From assembly GCA_963850905.1 (NCBI GenBank), contig CAWKMU010000003.1:1824001-1888000 (forward strand): DNA of 64,000 nt, read 5' to 3'. The position numbers and the translations under genes were made by a program. The notes under the pieces are model-generated. The model saw only the letters and a list, made by a program, of their open reading frames with translations, had not been told where the DNA came from and did no database searches. This DNA comes from an uncultured Gemmatimonadales bacterium (lineage in GTDB: Bacteria; Gemmatimonadota; Gemmatimonadetes; Gemmatimonadales; Gemmatimonadaceae). Shown piece after piece: positions 1-10,188 of this stretch. Position 1 is the first letter of the stretch, and every line of letters starts with the position of its first letter.

Positions 1-2
1 TG

Positions 3-611
3 ATCGAGCAGTTGAGTGGGGACCCGTGGGAGTCCTATGTGCAGAAGAACATCTTCAACCCACTGGGGCTCACGCGGAGCTACTTCGGCAACACGCCGTA
101 CTATCTCGCCGCCGATCGCTCGCACAACTACACCCGGGTGCGGGATTCCGCGGGGCATGAGGTCGTCAAGGACAACGGCGCGGACTTCGATCCCGGCATC
201 ACGATCCCGAACGGCGGGTGGAATGCGCCGCTGGGCGACCTCGCGACGTACGTGGCGTTCCTCACGAACGCCACCCACGGCGATGCCGCTACCCAGCGAC
301 TCTACGACACGGTGTTGCCGCACGCGACGCTCGCCGAGATGTGGCGGCCGCTGTACCAAACTCAAGAGGATGGCTCCTCCATCGAGTCGGACTCGCTTGG
401 CCTCTCGTTCTTCATCGTGCGTCGCGGCCAGACACGATTTGTCGGCCATACCGGGAGCCAAGCCGGTTTCCTCGCCTTCCTCTATATCAACCCCGCAACG
501 GGCGCCGGCGTCGTCGCCGCTTTCAACACGGCGAGTGACTTCAACCCCGGGCCAGGTCATGTCTCGGCGTTTCAGCGCATCCGGGATGCGGCGCTGGACT
601 TGATTGGGTAA
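3..611 (+). CDS. Serine hydrolase / beta-lactamase-related protein, C-terminal part (truncated by window start)
   Basis: IEQLSG-PWESYVQKNIFNPLGLTRS, P-GGWNAPLGDLATY and VGHTGSQAGF motifs typical of class C-like serine hydrolases. Confidence 0.85.
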   Translation: MEQLSGDPWESYVQKNIFNPLGLTRSYFGNTPYYLAADRSHNYTRVRDSAGHEVVKDNGADFDPGITIPNGGWNAPLGDLATYVAFLTNATHGDAATQRLYDTVLPHATLAEMWRPLYQTQEDGSSIESDSLGLSFFIVRRGQTRFVGHTGSQAGFLAFLYINPATGAGVVAAFNTASDFNPGPGHVSAFQRIRDAALDLIG

Positions 612-613
612 AA

Positions 614-633
614 GGCCGGGCGGAAACCCGGCC
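614..633 (+). terminator. Hairpin GGCCGGG-CGGAAA-CCCGGCC, probable terminator
   Basis: 7-bp perfect stem directly after the TAA stop; weak U-tract. Confidence 0.5.
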
Positions 634-712
634 CCTTCCCCCTATTCGCTAACGGACCCGCCCGGTATCGTTTAGCGGCTCGGGTACACCGGTTCACCGT
701 ATCGCGAGGGCA

Positions 713-3700
713 ATGGCGGACACGTTGCGAGAACAGCTCCAGGCGAGCCTGGGGTCGACCTATACGATCGGCCGGGAGCTTGGAGGCGGAGGGGATGAGC
801 CGCGTATTCGTGGCGGATGACACGACCCTCGGGCGTGCCGTCGTCGTCAAGGTGCTCTCGCCGGAGCTCACCGCGGGTGTCAACGTCGACCGCTTCAAGC
901 GCGAGATCCGGGTCGCGGCCCGATTGCAGCACCCGCACATCGTGCCGGTCCTGCAGTCCGGCGAGACCAACGGGCTGCCGTATTTCACGATGCCCTTCGT
1001 GGAGGGCGAGTCGCTGCGTGCGCACCTCGGACGCACGGGCCCGCTCTCCATTGGCGATGCGGTCTCGATTCTGCGCGACGTGGCGAAGGCCCTGGAGTAC
1101 GCTCATGCGCGCGACGTCGTGCATCGGGACATCAAGCCTGACAACGTGCTGCTGGCGGGGAACGCGGCCGTCGTCACAGACTTCGGCATCGCCAAGGCGC
1201 TCTCGGCGTCCAAGACACAGCCGTCTGGCGCGACGCTGACCCAAGCGGGGACATCGCTCGGGACACCGGCCTACATGGCACCGGAGCAGGCAGCCGCCGA
1301 TCCGGCGACGGACCATCGCGCGGACATCTACGCCTTCGGGATTCTCGCCTACGAGCTACTCGCGGGGCAACCGCCCTTTGCGGGTCGGACGCCGCAGAAG
1401 CTGCTGGCGGCCCAACTTGGCGAGCGACCAACGCCGATCGACAGTGTCCGCGCGGACGTGCCGCTAATGCTCGGCGAGCTGATCATGCGGTGTCTGGAGA
1501 AGAGCGCCGACGACCGGCCACAGAGTGCGGCCGCGCTGGTACGCGCGCTCGGCGCCGTGACCACGAGTGGCAGCGAGCGATCGGCCCCCGCGCTGCTCCT
1601 GGGCGGGCGAGCCGCGCTGCGGAACGCGCTTCTCATCTACGGCGCGGCGTTCCTCATCATCGCGCTTGCTGCCCGCATCGCGACCAACGAGATCGGGCTC
1701 CCTGATTGGGTGTTTCCCGGCGCGATCATCGTCATGCTGCTCGGGCTCCCGGTGATCCTGTTCACCGGGTACGTCCAGCGGACGGTGCAACGGTCGTTGA
1801 CGTCCACGCCGACGTTTACGCCGGGTGGCACCCCGGCGCCCGCCTCGACAATGGCGACGATCGCGCTCAAGGCGAGTCCGCACGTGAGCTGGCGCCGCAC
1901 CACCACCGGCGGAGTGGTTGCGCTTGGCGTGCTCGTGCTGCTCGTCACGGGGTACATGATCCTGCGTGCGCTCGGTATCGGACCCGCAGGGTCGCTGCTC
2001 GGCGCAGGGAAGATCCATGCGCGGGACAGGCTCATCGTGACCGACTTCCATGCGCTGAGCGGCGACACGTCGCTGGCGGGCGCGGCTAGCGAAGCCGTCC
2101 GCACGGATCTCAGTGAATCGGGTGTGATCTCGCTGCTCACGCCAGCTGAAGTTGCGAGCACGCTGCGTCTCATGCAGCGTCCGGCGTCGACACACGTCGA
2201 CGTGTTGGTTGCAGCGGACGTGGCGGCGCGACAGGGCGCGAAGGGCATCGTCAATGGGACTATCACTGGACTGGGTGCCGGCTATCTGCTCACGTTACGG
2301 CTCCTGAGCCCATCGGGCAGTGAGCTCGCATCCTTTCATGAAGAAGCGGACGGGCCGCACGAGCTGTTGCCGACGCTGGACCGTCTTGCGCGGCATCTGC
2401 GCGAGAAGATCGGGGAGTCGCTCAAGAGCGTGCATGCCGATCCGCCGCTCGAGCAGGTAACGACCTCGTCGATCAATGCCTTGCGGAAGTACGACGAAGG
2501 GGCCAGAGCGAACGACATCAATGGTAACTACGAGGTGGCCATCGCGCGCCTCCGGGAGGCTGTGGCGCTGGACACAGGCTTTGCCATGGCCTGGCGCAAG
2601 CTGGGTGTCGCGATGAGCAACTCGTTCATGCCGCGGGCCAGCGTCGACAGCGCCTTGACGCAGGCCTATCGCCATCGGGATCACTTGACGGAGCGAGAGC
2701 GCGACATGGCGGTGGGCTCTTACTTCAACCAAGGCCCGGGGCGCAATCGCGAGGAAGCGGCGACAGCCTTCCGGGCGATGCTCGCGATGGATCCCACTGA
2801 CTATGTGGCACTCAACGATCTGGCCATCACCTACCTAGATCGCCGTCGGTACGCCGCAGCGGACACGCTGTTCCGTCGCTCAGTCGCGACGGGGAAGGGT
2901 GGCGCGATCGACCTGGGCAATCTGGCCTTCGTTGAGCTTAGCGAGGGAGACACCGCGGCCGTTCGACGCGATGCCGCGACCATGCGTGAGCGATACCCCA
3001 ACGCCGCCGGCGCTCCCTTCTTGGGAGTCGGGTTGCTGTACGACTCGAACCAGTTGGACTCGCTTGTTGCCTTGCTTACGCAGATCCGAACGGATCCGCG
3101 ACCCGACCGGCGGAGCCTGGCCACGCATCTGCTCGCGGCCATGGCGTTGGTCCGCGGACGGCCCAACGAGTGGGCCGCCCTCAACGGAGAGTCGCGGCGA
3201 ACGGATGCGGAGCGCGGTGCCGCGCCGCCCCCGTTGGTTGACTCCATGTTGGCGGCCTGGACGGACATCTCTCTCCGTGGTCAGCCCGCTCGCGGTGTCG
3301 CGCGCCTCGATGCCATGCTCGCGCGGACGCCACTCGCCTCGGTGGGAGCGGAGGATCGACCGTATTTCCAGATTGCCGGGGCGTACGCCATCGCCGGTCG
3401 GCCGGACCGGGCGCGGGCGATACTCTCGGAGTACGCCGGAGAGGTCAAGGACACGGTGAAGCTCCGCGACGATGCGCCGGACATGCACGGCGTGCTTGGC
3501 GAGATTGCGCTCGCCGAGCACCGTCCCAAGGACGCGCACCGCGAATTCGCGCGCGCGGACACCGCCTTTGACGGGGAGCCCGTGCCCTGCGAGATCTGCT
3601 TCCCGCTAGCCGCTGGTCGTGCATACGACGCCGCGGGCAATCGTGATTCCGCGATCATGATGTATGAACGCTATCAACACGCCTGGAGACGCGACCTGCG

Positions 3701-3896
3701 CCTCAGCGTCGAACCCTGGTATCGATCGTTGGTTTACAAGCGCTTGGGCGAACTGTACGACGACAGGGGCGACGTCCCGCGGGCCACGGCCAACTACCGA
3801 CAGTTCATCGCGCTGTGGCAGAACGCGGAGCCAGAGCTGCAGCCAGCCGTGAGCGACGCCCGGCGCCGCCTGGCGAAACTGGGGTCGGATCGGTAG
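713..3896 (+). CDS. Membrane Ser/Thr protein kinase with extracytoplasmic TPR-like region; +1 frameshift at G-run 791-794
   Basis: ATG713 reads MADTLREQLQASLGSTYTIGRELGGGG, then one extra G before MSRVF; HRDIKPDN, DFGIAK and YMAPEQ motifs; TM helices; TPR-like helical repeats. Confidence 0.9.
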
Positions 3897-3933
3897 CTCT
3901 CGGGATCAGGCAACTACAACGACGCGTGCTGTC

Positions 3934-4071
3934 CAGCGGGTAGGGGCGACGCAATGCGTCGCCCGCCGTTGGCGGAATCGTGCCCTGCGGGGGGTGTGAC
4001 GTTCGGCGCGCCGGCAAATCGTGGGCATCGCCACATCGCAGGGCGACGCATTGCGTCGCCCCTACCCGCTG
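3934..4071. repeat. REP doublet (REPIN-like): 31-bp perfect inverted repeat CAGCGGGTAGGGGCGACGCAATGCGTCGCCC
   Basis: Arms at 3934-3964 and 4041-4071 are exact reverse complements; each has GTAG followed by an internal palindrome; lies between convergent genes. Confidence 0.85.
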
Positions 4072-4118
4072 TGGTCGAATGTCGTGGCGGCTACGCTGAC
4101 CCCGGCCCGGAGCTCGCC

Positions 4119-4925
4119 TTACCGTCCTATCGCCAACCAGTGCGGACTCGCCCCGAGGAGCGACGGCTCCGCTTCGATGCGCTCGATGAGGGCGAGTGAG
4201 CGCTCGAGCGAGACCGGCTCGCGCCGGCGTGGCCGCGGGGCTGTCGCGTACGCGGCAGGGCCCTCGACCGCGATGAGCGCGTCGAGCCGCCATCCCGCTT
4301 CGATGATCTCTGAGCGGAGTTCGGCCGGCGTGTGGAAGAAGGCCGTCGTGAAGTAGTCAGCCTTGCTGGTCGGATTACGGTGCTGGCCGTCGCGCAGATC
4401 GGCATCGACAATCCGCGCGAATTCCGGATCGGCCAAGAAGCCGCGCATGAGGCCATCGAGCAGCGAGGCGAATCGGGAGATGGCCGCCGCGACGACGACA
4501 CCATCGGGGCCAGTCACGCGCCGCGCCTCTCGGAGCGCTGCCACGCGGTCGGCCCGCTCGGTCAGATGATAGAGGGGGCCGAGGAGGAGCACGGCGTCGG
4601 CACTCCCGTCGGCAAAGTCGAGTTTCTTGGCGTCGCCGACGCCCAAACTCGCCAACGCGGTCGGCCCGCTCCGTCCCGCTGCACGCGCTTGCTCGATGTG
4701 CAACGGGACCGGGTCGACCAGATGGACTCGATAGCCGAGGTCTGCCAACCAGTACGCGTACACGCCCGCGGCGCCACCGACATCGAGAACCGTGGCGGGC
4801 GGCGCTGGCAGCACGCGACGCAGAATGAGCTGCGTGCGAATGCGCTCCAGCGGAAAGTCGGCTCCCTCGAGGCGCTTCTCTTCTTCTCCGCGTGAGTAAT
4901 AGGCCGCGATTGCCTGGTCGAGCAT
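4119..4925 (-). CDS. Class I SAM-dependent methyltransferase
   Basis: VLDVGGAAGVY, VHLVDPV and DAVLLLGPLYHL motifs; start placed at MLDQAIAAYY. Confidence 0.85.
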   Translation of the reverse strand: MLDQAIAAYYSRGEEEKRLEGADFPLERIRTQLILRRVLPAPPATVLDVGGAAGVYAYWLADLGYRVHLVDPVPLHIEQARAAGRSGPTALASLGVGDAKKLDFADGSADAVLLLGPLYHLTERADRVAALREARRVTGPDGVVVAAAISRFASLLDGLMRGFLADPEFARIVDADLRDGQHRNPTSKADYFTTAFFHTPAELRSEIIEAGWRLDALIAVEGPAAYATAPRPRRREPVSLERSLALIERIEAEPSLLGASPHWLAIGR

Positions 4926-5134
4926 CGAGATCCTGGAAGGGGGAGCGTGGCACAGCGCGAAGACGCGTCCGGAATCTGAAGCGACAGCACGAGGAGCGAT
5001 GATTTCGCAAACAGCGAAAACTCGAAACGCAACCTGCTCCGGCCAATCTGTCTCAACGACCAATCGGCGGGAGTGTAAGTTCTCTTGGCTTGGTTCTCAA
5101 CCCATCACCACCGCACAACGCGCGCCGCCCAGTC

Positions 5135-6232
5135 ATGACCCTGCTCACGATACGTCCAAATGACCGAACGATTTGGGACCTCGTCTGCCTCGGCGAGGTG
5201 ATGCTGCGCTTCGATCCCGGCGACGAGCGCATTACGACGACGCGACAGTTCCGCGTATGGGAAGGTGGCGGCGAGTACAACGTGGCGCGCGGACTCGCGC
5301 GCTGCTTCGGGCTACGCACGGCGATCGTCACGGCGTTCGCGGACAACCCCGTCGGCCGCTTGATCGAAGATCTCATCCGCCAGGGCGGGGTTGGGCTCGA
5401 CTATGTGCATTGGGTCCCATACGACGGCGTCGGTCGCGACGTCAGGAATCCGCTCAACTTCGTGGAACGCGGCTTCGGCGTGCGACCCGCGCTGGGATGC
5501 TCGGATCGCGCGCACAGCGCGGCATTGCAGCTCGTGCCGGGCGCGATCGATTGGAATCGGATTTTTGCACGCGACGGCGCGCGGTGGTTCCACACGGGCG
5601 GCGTCTTCTCGGGACTGTCGGAGACGACGCCGGAAGTCGCGCGCGAGGCGATGGAAGCTGCGCGCAAGGCGGGAGTGATCGTCTCCTACGACGCGAACTA
5701 TCGTCCCTCGCTGTGGCAAGCGAGAGGTGGGCAGGCCCGCGCCGGAGCGGTCAATCGGATGCTCGCGCCGCTCGTCGACGTGATGCTGGGCCACGAGGAG
5801 GACTTCGCCGCCGCGCTGGGGCTGCCCGTCGAGGCACGCGCCGACGACGCGAAGGACGGGCCCGCGCGTCTCGAACGCGTGATGGCGGAGTTTCGGCGCG
5901 AGTTCCCGAACGTTGCCGTCGTCGCCACCACCCTTCGGGTCACCAAGTCGACGAGCCGGCATGACTGGGGCGGGGTGGCGTACGGCGGCGGGCGGTTCCA
6001 CGAATCAGCCATGCGGGAAGAGATCGAGATCTATGACCGCGTGGGTGGCGGGGACGCCTTCGCGGCTGGGATCATCTATGGAATGCTCAACGGCCGCGAT
6101 CTCGCCTGGTCGCTCGAGTGCGGCGTCGCCCACGGGGCCCTTGCCATGACGACGCCTGGCGACTCGTCGATGGCAACGTTGGGGGAGGTTTCGCAGGTGA
6201 TGGAGGGGCGGGTCGGCGGCATCGTGAGGTAG
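5135..6232 (+). CDS. kdgK: PfkB-family sugar kinase (2-keto-3-deoxygluconate kinase-like)
   Basis: LGEVMLRFDPG, GGGEYNVARGL, SYDANYRPSLW and DRVGGGDAFAAG motifs. Confidence 0.8.
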   Translation: MTLLTIRPNDRTIWDLVCLGEVMLRFDPGDERITTTRQFRVWEGGGEYNVARGLARCFGLRTAIVTAFADNPVGRLIEDLIRQGGVGLDYVHWVPYDGVGRDVRNPLNFVERGFGVRPALGCSDRAHSAALQLVPGAIDWNRIFARDGARWFHTGGVFSGLSETTPEVAREAMEAARKAGVIVSYDANYRPSLWQARGGQARAGAVNRMLAPLVDVMLGHEEDFAAALGLPVEARADDAKDGPARLERVMAEFRREFPNVAVVATTLRVTKSTSRHDWGGVAYGGGRFHESAMREEIEIYDRVGGGDAFAAGIIYGMLNGRDLAWSLECGVAHGALAMTTPGDSSMATLGEVSQVMEGRVGGIVR

Positions 6233-6317
6233 GCGAGCGGCCAACGCGGGCCTGCCAAATCGGCGTATAAAGCGTCATCATTGATGGCCCCTCCTCACCC
6301 TCTGCCTCCTCGCTCCG

Positions 6318-6890
6318 ATGCGTATCGCTGTGCTGACTATCTCGGACGCCGGGGTTCGAGGGGAACGAGCGGACACATCCGGGGACACGATCGTGGCTTG
6401 GGGGACGGCGCGTGGGGATGTCGTGACACAACGTGCAATCGTGGGGGACGAACCGGCTGAGATCGCCGCGCGGCTAGCGACGTGGTGCGACGCCGATGTG
6501 GCTGACCTCGTGTTGACCACGGGCGGGACGGGGCTGAGTGAGCGGGATGTGACACCCGAAGCCACGCGCGCGGTGATTGAGCGGGAGGCACCAGGGATCG
6601 CGGAGCGGATTCGCGCGCTCTGCCTCACGAGCTTCCCGAGGGCCGCGCTCTCGCGTGGCATGGCTGGGGTCCGTTCGCGGACGCTCATTGTGAATCTGGC
6701 CGGATCGACAAGCGGTGTTCGGGACGCCCTCGTTGCCCTCGACCCGATCATTACCCATGGGATCGACATCCTGCGTGGAGGACCGACGGATCACACGGCG
6801 GGAGGACGGGCGTCCAGCGGCCACACGGCTCGGAGCGGGCCTCCGGTCGGTACGAGCCCGGGCGGGTTGGCCGCGAGGCGCGATCCATGA
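6318..6890 (+). CDS. mog: MogA/MoaB-family molybdenum cofactor biosynthesis protein
   Basis: AVLTISD, DTSG, LTTGGTGLSERDVTPEAT, LSRG-AG and VNLAGS motifs. Confidence 0.88.
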   Translation: MRIAVLTISDAGVRGERADTSGDTIVAWGTARGDVVTQRAIVGDEPAEIAARLATWCDADVADLVLTTGGTGLSERDVTPEATRAVIEREAPGIAERIRALCLTSFPRAALSRGMAGVRSRTLIVNLAGSTSGVRDALVALDPIITHGIDILRGGPTDHTAGGRASSGHTARSGPPVGTSPGGLAARRDP

Positions 6891-8533
6891 ACGTTGCCGT
6901 GATGCTGACGGACGTCGAGCCCGCGGTCCGGCTCAACGCGCTGCTGGAACGGTCGGGTGCCAAGACCGAGGTCATCTCGCCGCTCGACGACGTGCGCGGG
7001 ATCCTCGGTCGCACCCGCGCCGACGTATTGGTCATGACCGGTGCGCTGCTCGATCCCCAGAACGTCGCGCTGGTGCGCGAGCAACTGTGGACCGGGACCG
7101 CGGTCATCGGCCTCTCCGACGTGGGTGAGGAGGGGATGGTCGAGCGACTGCGGGCGCTGGGGTACAGCGAGGTCTATATCAAGCCAGTCGTGCCCGAGGA
7201 GGTTGCGGCAGGTGTGAGACGCCTCGCAGACCGGCAGGTGGTGGCGCGCGAGACGGGGCTGTACGGTGACTCCGAAGGGATCCGCGAGGTGCTGGTCAAG
7301 GTTGAGCAGATGGCGCCAGTATCCAGCACGGTACTGATCGAGGGTGAGAGTGGAACAGGGAAGGAACTGGTGGCGAGGGCGATGCACCGACTGGGGCCCC
7401 GCCGCACGCGCCCGTTCATCGCTGTCAACGTCGGGGCGTTGCCCGAGACTCTGCTCGAGAGCGAGCTCTTCGGTCACGAGAAGGGCGCCTTCACGGGGGC
7501 GGCTGAGCGGCGGATCGGTCGCTTCGAGCTGGCGGATACGGGGCACCCTCTTTCTCGACGAGATCGGCGACATCCCACTCTCGACCCAGGTCAAGCTGCT
7601 GCGCGTGCTCGAGGAGCGGGTCAGTCACACGGGTCGGGGGGACGCGAGCCGATAGCGGTGGACGTACGCGTGATCACGGCGACCAATCGGCCGCTTCGCG
7701 ACCAGGTCGCTGAGGGCACCTTCCGGTCGGACCTCTACTACCGGATCAACGTCCTGAGCGTCTACCTCCCTCCACTCCGGGAGCGGCGGGAGGATATCCC
7801 CATTCTCGTCCGGCGGTTTATCCAGGAGTTCTCGGCGCAGCACGACCGGCCGTTCCACGGCATCTCAGGGGACGCGTTGCAGATGCTGGTGGACTACAGC
7901 TGGCCGGGGAACGTGCGCGAACTGCGCAATCTCGTGGAGAGTATGGTGGTGCTGTCGCCAGGCCATGAGATCCAGTCGGCGGACATTCCGCGCGAGATCC
8001 GGGAGGTTGGGTCGCGCTTTCTGCCGGTCCACGTAGGGCCCTTGGCCCGTGGCAGGGACGGTGCGGGCGGTCGGGAGATGGAGTTCATTGTCCGGAGTTT
8101 GGTGGAGCTCAAGCTGCAGGTCGAGGAGTTGCGACGCCGAACCGAGCAGGTTGCAGTGACGGGGGGCACCGGTCAATTGAGCTTTGGAGCTTCGATCGGC
8201 GCCGGCCAATCCCAGGCCATTGGCCCCGGCACCCCAACGGGTGCGGCTGGCGCCAGTAGTGGCGTGATGGTGCGCGAGGGAATTGCTGCGCCGGGTGCTC
8301 CGCCGCCTCCAAACGTCGTGACGGTTAGCCCGGGGATGACCATGGCGCAGATCGAGCGCGCGGCGATCGAAGCGGCGCTCAGAGAGACCCGGGGCAACCG
8401 CCGCCGTGCGGCGGAGATGTTGGGGATTGGCGAGAGGACGCTTTACAGAAAACTGCGGGAGTACGAAATCCCGGAGGGTGCGGGGGCGGAGGGGCCCGAG
8501 AGGGTTGACCTACTGGGAGTGGAAGGCAGGTAG
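6887..8533 (+). CDS. Sigma-54-dependent transcriptional activator (receiver-like, AAA+, Fis HTH); three apparent +1 insertions between about 7541 and 7640
   Basis: [31 protein letters not shown] and C-terminal [21 protein letters not shown]; the missing [26 protein letters not shown] segment lies in the +1 frame. Confidence 0.92.
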   Translation: MNVAVMLTDVEPAVRLNALLERSGAKTEVISPLDDVRGILGRTRADVLVMTGALLDPQNVALVREQLWTGTAVIGLSDVGEEGMVERLRALGYSEVYIKPVVPEEVAAGVRRLADRQVVARETGLYGDSEGIREVLVKVEQMAPVSSTVLIEGESGTGKELVARAMHRLGPRRTRPFIAVNVGALPETLLESELFGHEKGAFTGAAERRIGRFELADTGHPLSRRDRRHPTLDPGQAAARARGAGQSHGSGGREPIAVDVRVITATNRPLRDQVAEGTFRSDLYYRINVLSVYLPPLRERREDIPILVRRFIQEFSAQHDRPFHGISGDALQMLVDYSWPGNVRELRNLVESMVVLSPGHEIQSADIPREIREVGSRFLPVHVGPLARGRDGAGGREMEFIVRSLVELKLQVEELRRRTEQVAVTGGTGQLSFGASIGAGQSQAIGPGTPTGAAGASSGVMVREGIAAPGAPPPPNVVTVSPGMTMAQIERAAIEAALRETRGNRRRAAEMLGIGERTLYRKLREYEIPEGAGAEGPERVDLLGVEGR

Positions 8534-8770
8534 GACCCGCGAGGCCTTCTGCGGGGACTCTCTATGTCGCTGCTAGTGAGGGTCTTACCCAGATCGGTCG
8601 AGGCGGCCTAGGGAAGGCCAAGCGTGATCCGAACTCGCCGAGTCGGGCTGGAGGGCCTCAACGGGCGGGGTTGTGTCCCTTAGAGGACTCAAGGGTGACA
8701 TACGATGCCTTGATCGAACTGAACTAATGGCGCATATTCGCGGCGGAACCTTTTCCACGGCGGTATCTGT

Positions 8771-9706
8771 TTGCCCGCTGCAGTTAGCCTTTCCCCTAGT
8801 TCTGGGGGACAGTCGCACACGCCGATCGCCGGGAGCGTGCTCCCGATCCGGCGCGCTGAAGAATTGCTGACGACGCTGCCGGGCATTCTTTCGGCGAAGA
8901 TCGTGGCGTCGGCGAGCGGGGCTGTGGACGAGATCCACGTCCTGACGACAGCCGAATATACACCGAAGCAAACCGTCCGCAACATCGAGAGCGCGCTCAT
9001 CGCGCATCTCGGGATGCGCGTGGACCATCGGAAAATCTCAGTCGCAGCGAGCTCGGAGCGGCCGGTTGCGGCCGTGCCTCCGGTAGCCGTCGAGCCTCCG
9101 GTGACGCCAGCGTCGACCCCAACCCCTCCCAGCGCGGCTGCGCAGAGCTCGGCTCCGTCCGCGGCGCCTCGCCCATCAGGCCCAGTGGCGGTTCCCGAGG
9201 AAGCCCCTCCGCCGGTTGCGCAGGTGCGCGAGCGGGTGGTGGCCCGCGGGGTCGAGTTCGAGGAACTGGTGCGGGAGGTGGACTCGACGCTGGCCGCGGT
9301 AGTACCCGAGGAGGCGGCGCGGCGACGACTGTATTTCGAAGATGTGGAGGTCCGCCGGTCGCGGGCTCGCGGAGTGATGTGTCGGGTGACGCTCAGGAAG
9401 GGCGATCAGTCCTACACGGGAGAAGCGGAAGGTTTGGAGGGGGCTCGCGCGCGGGTGGACCTGGCCGCGCGCGCGGCGCTCAAGGCGATCGGCCAGGCCG
9501 AGCGCGGTGAGCGGACCCTCGCCCTCGACGGGGTAAAGCTGATCCAGGCGTTCGACCGAGAGTTCGTATTCGTCGGAGTGGCAGCGCAAGAGGGGCGGGA
9601 GCGCGCACTCTTGACCGGCAGCTGTGAAGTACGGGAGAGTCCCGAGCAAGCGAGCGTCTTAGCAGCGTTGGACGCGACCAACCGTTGGATCGCGCACGGC
9701 CGCTAG
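8771..9706 (+). CDS. Hypothetical two-domain protein: N-terminal EIHVL/PKQ-RNIES domain, Pro/Ala linker, C-terminal LeuA-allosteric-domain-like region
   Basis: Long ORF with host-like codon use; C-terminal pattern RVTL-KG-YTGEAEG ... TGS ... QASVLAALDATNR; start uncertain. Confidence 0.75.
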   Translation: MPAAVSLSPSSGGQSHTPIAGSVLPIRRAEELLTTLPGILSAKIVASASGAVDEIHVLTTAEYTPKQTVRNIESALIAHLGMRVDHRKISVAASSERPVAAVPPVAVEPPVTPASTPTPPSAAAQSSAPSAAPRPSGPVAVPEEAPPPVAQVRERVVARGVEFEELVREVDSTLAAVVPEEAARRRLYFEDVEVRRSRARGVMCRVTLRKGDQSYTGEAEGLEGARARVDLAARAALKAIGQAERGERTLALDGVKLIQAFDREFVFVGVAAQEGRERALLTGSCEVRESPEQASVLAALDATNRWIAHGR

Positions 9707-9758
9707 CACTCGTTGAGGCAGAGGGTGCGCGCCGGGAGGGGATGACGAGATGGCGATC

Positions 9759-9781
9759 CGGGCGGCTCGGTGGGCCGCCCG
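9759..9781 (+). terminator. GC-rich hairpin CGGGCGGCTC-GGT-GGGCCGCCCG downstream of the hypothetical gene
   Basis: Inverted repeat about 50 nt after the stop; no U-tract. Confidence 0.3.
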
Positions 9782-10059
9782 TCATCGCTACAGGGACAGG
9801 GGACTAGGGGCTGCGGTCAGGGCGCGACGACAACGATTAGCCAGTGTGAACCAAAGCGCACGGTCACGAAGGCAATGTTTGGACGTGAACGGGACAGAGG
9901 AGCAGTGAACCCAACCCACATCGTTTGACAACTGAACCCCCGTCTGGCCCGAGCTGAGCGAAGCGGGCAGGCCACGTAGGTGAGCGGAGCCAACCTTCAA
10001 TTGGCACGACTCAGCGAGCGCTGAGCGTGACTGCACGAGAGAGGGGGTGACGCAATCCG

Positions 10060-10149
10060 ATGTTTCTGGCCAACCCGTCGAAAAGTTTCATGAGCCGCGT
10101 TTTTGGCTTTTTTAGCATGATGCTGGGAGAAGTATTCGACGTATTGTAG
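10060..10149 (+). CDS. Small 29-aa amphipathic peptide MFLANPSKSFMSRVFGFFSMMLGEVFDVL (below the ORF-track cutoff)
   Basis: SD-like GAGGGGGTGA at 10041-10050, ATG10060, TAG10147-10149; ends 39 nt before the HD-GYP start. Confidence 0.6.
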   Translation: MFLANPSKSFMSRVFGFFSMMLGEVFDVL

Positions 10150-10188
10150 GCATCAACGAATTGCCGGGCGGGGGTTCCTTCGGGCTCT

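Noticed and set aside
10001..10016. Canonical sigma-54 promoter as a firm feature
   Set aside because: GG-to-GC spacing is 9, not 10, and the -12 TTGC is absent; kept only as a caveated finding
9830..10040. c-di-GMP-I/II or c-di-AMP riboswitch upstream of the HD-GYP operon
   Set aside because: I could not find the conserved core motifs by eye; an Infernal search would be needed
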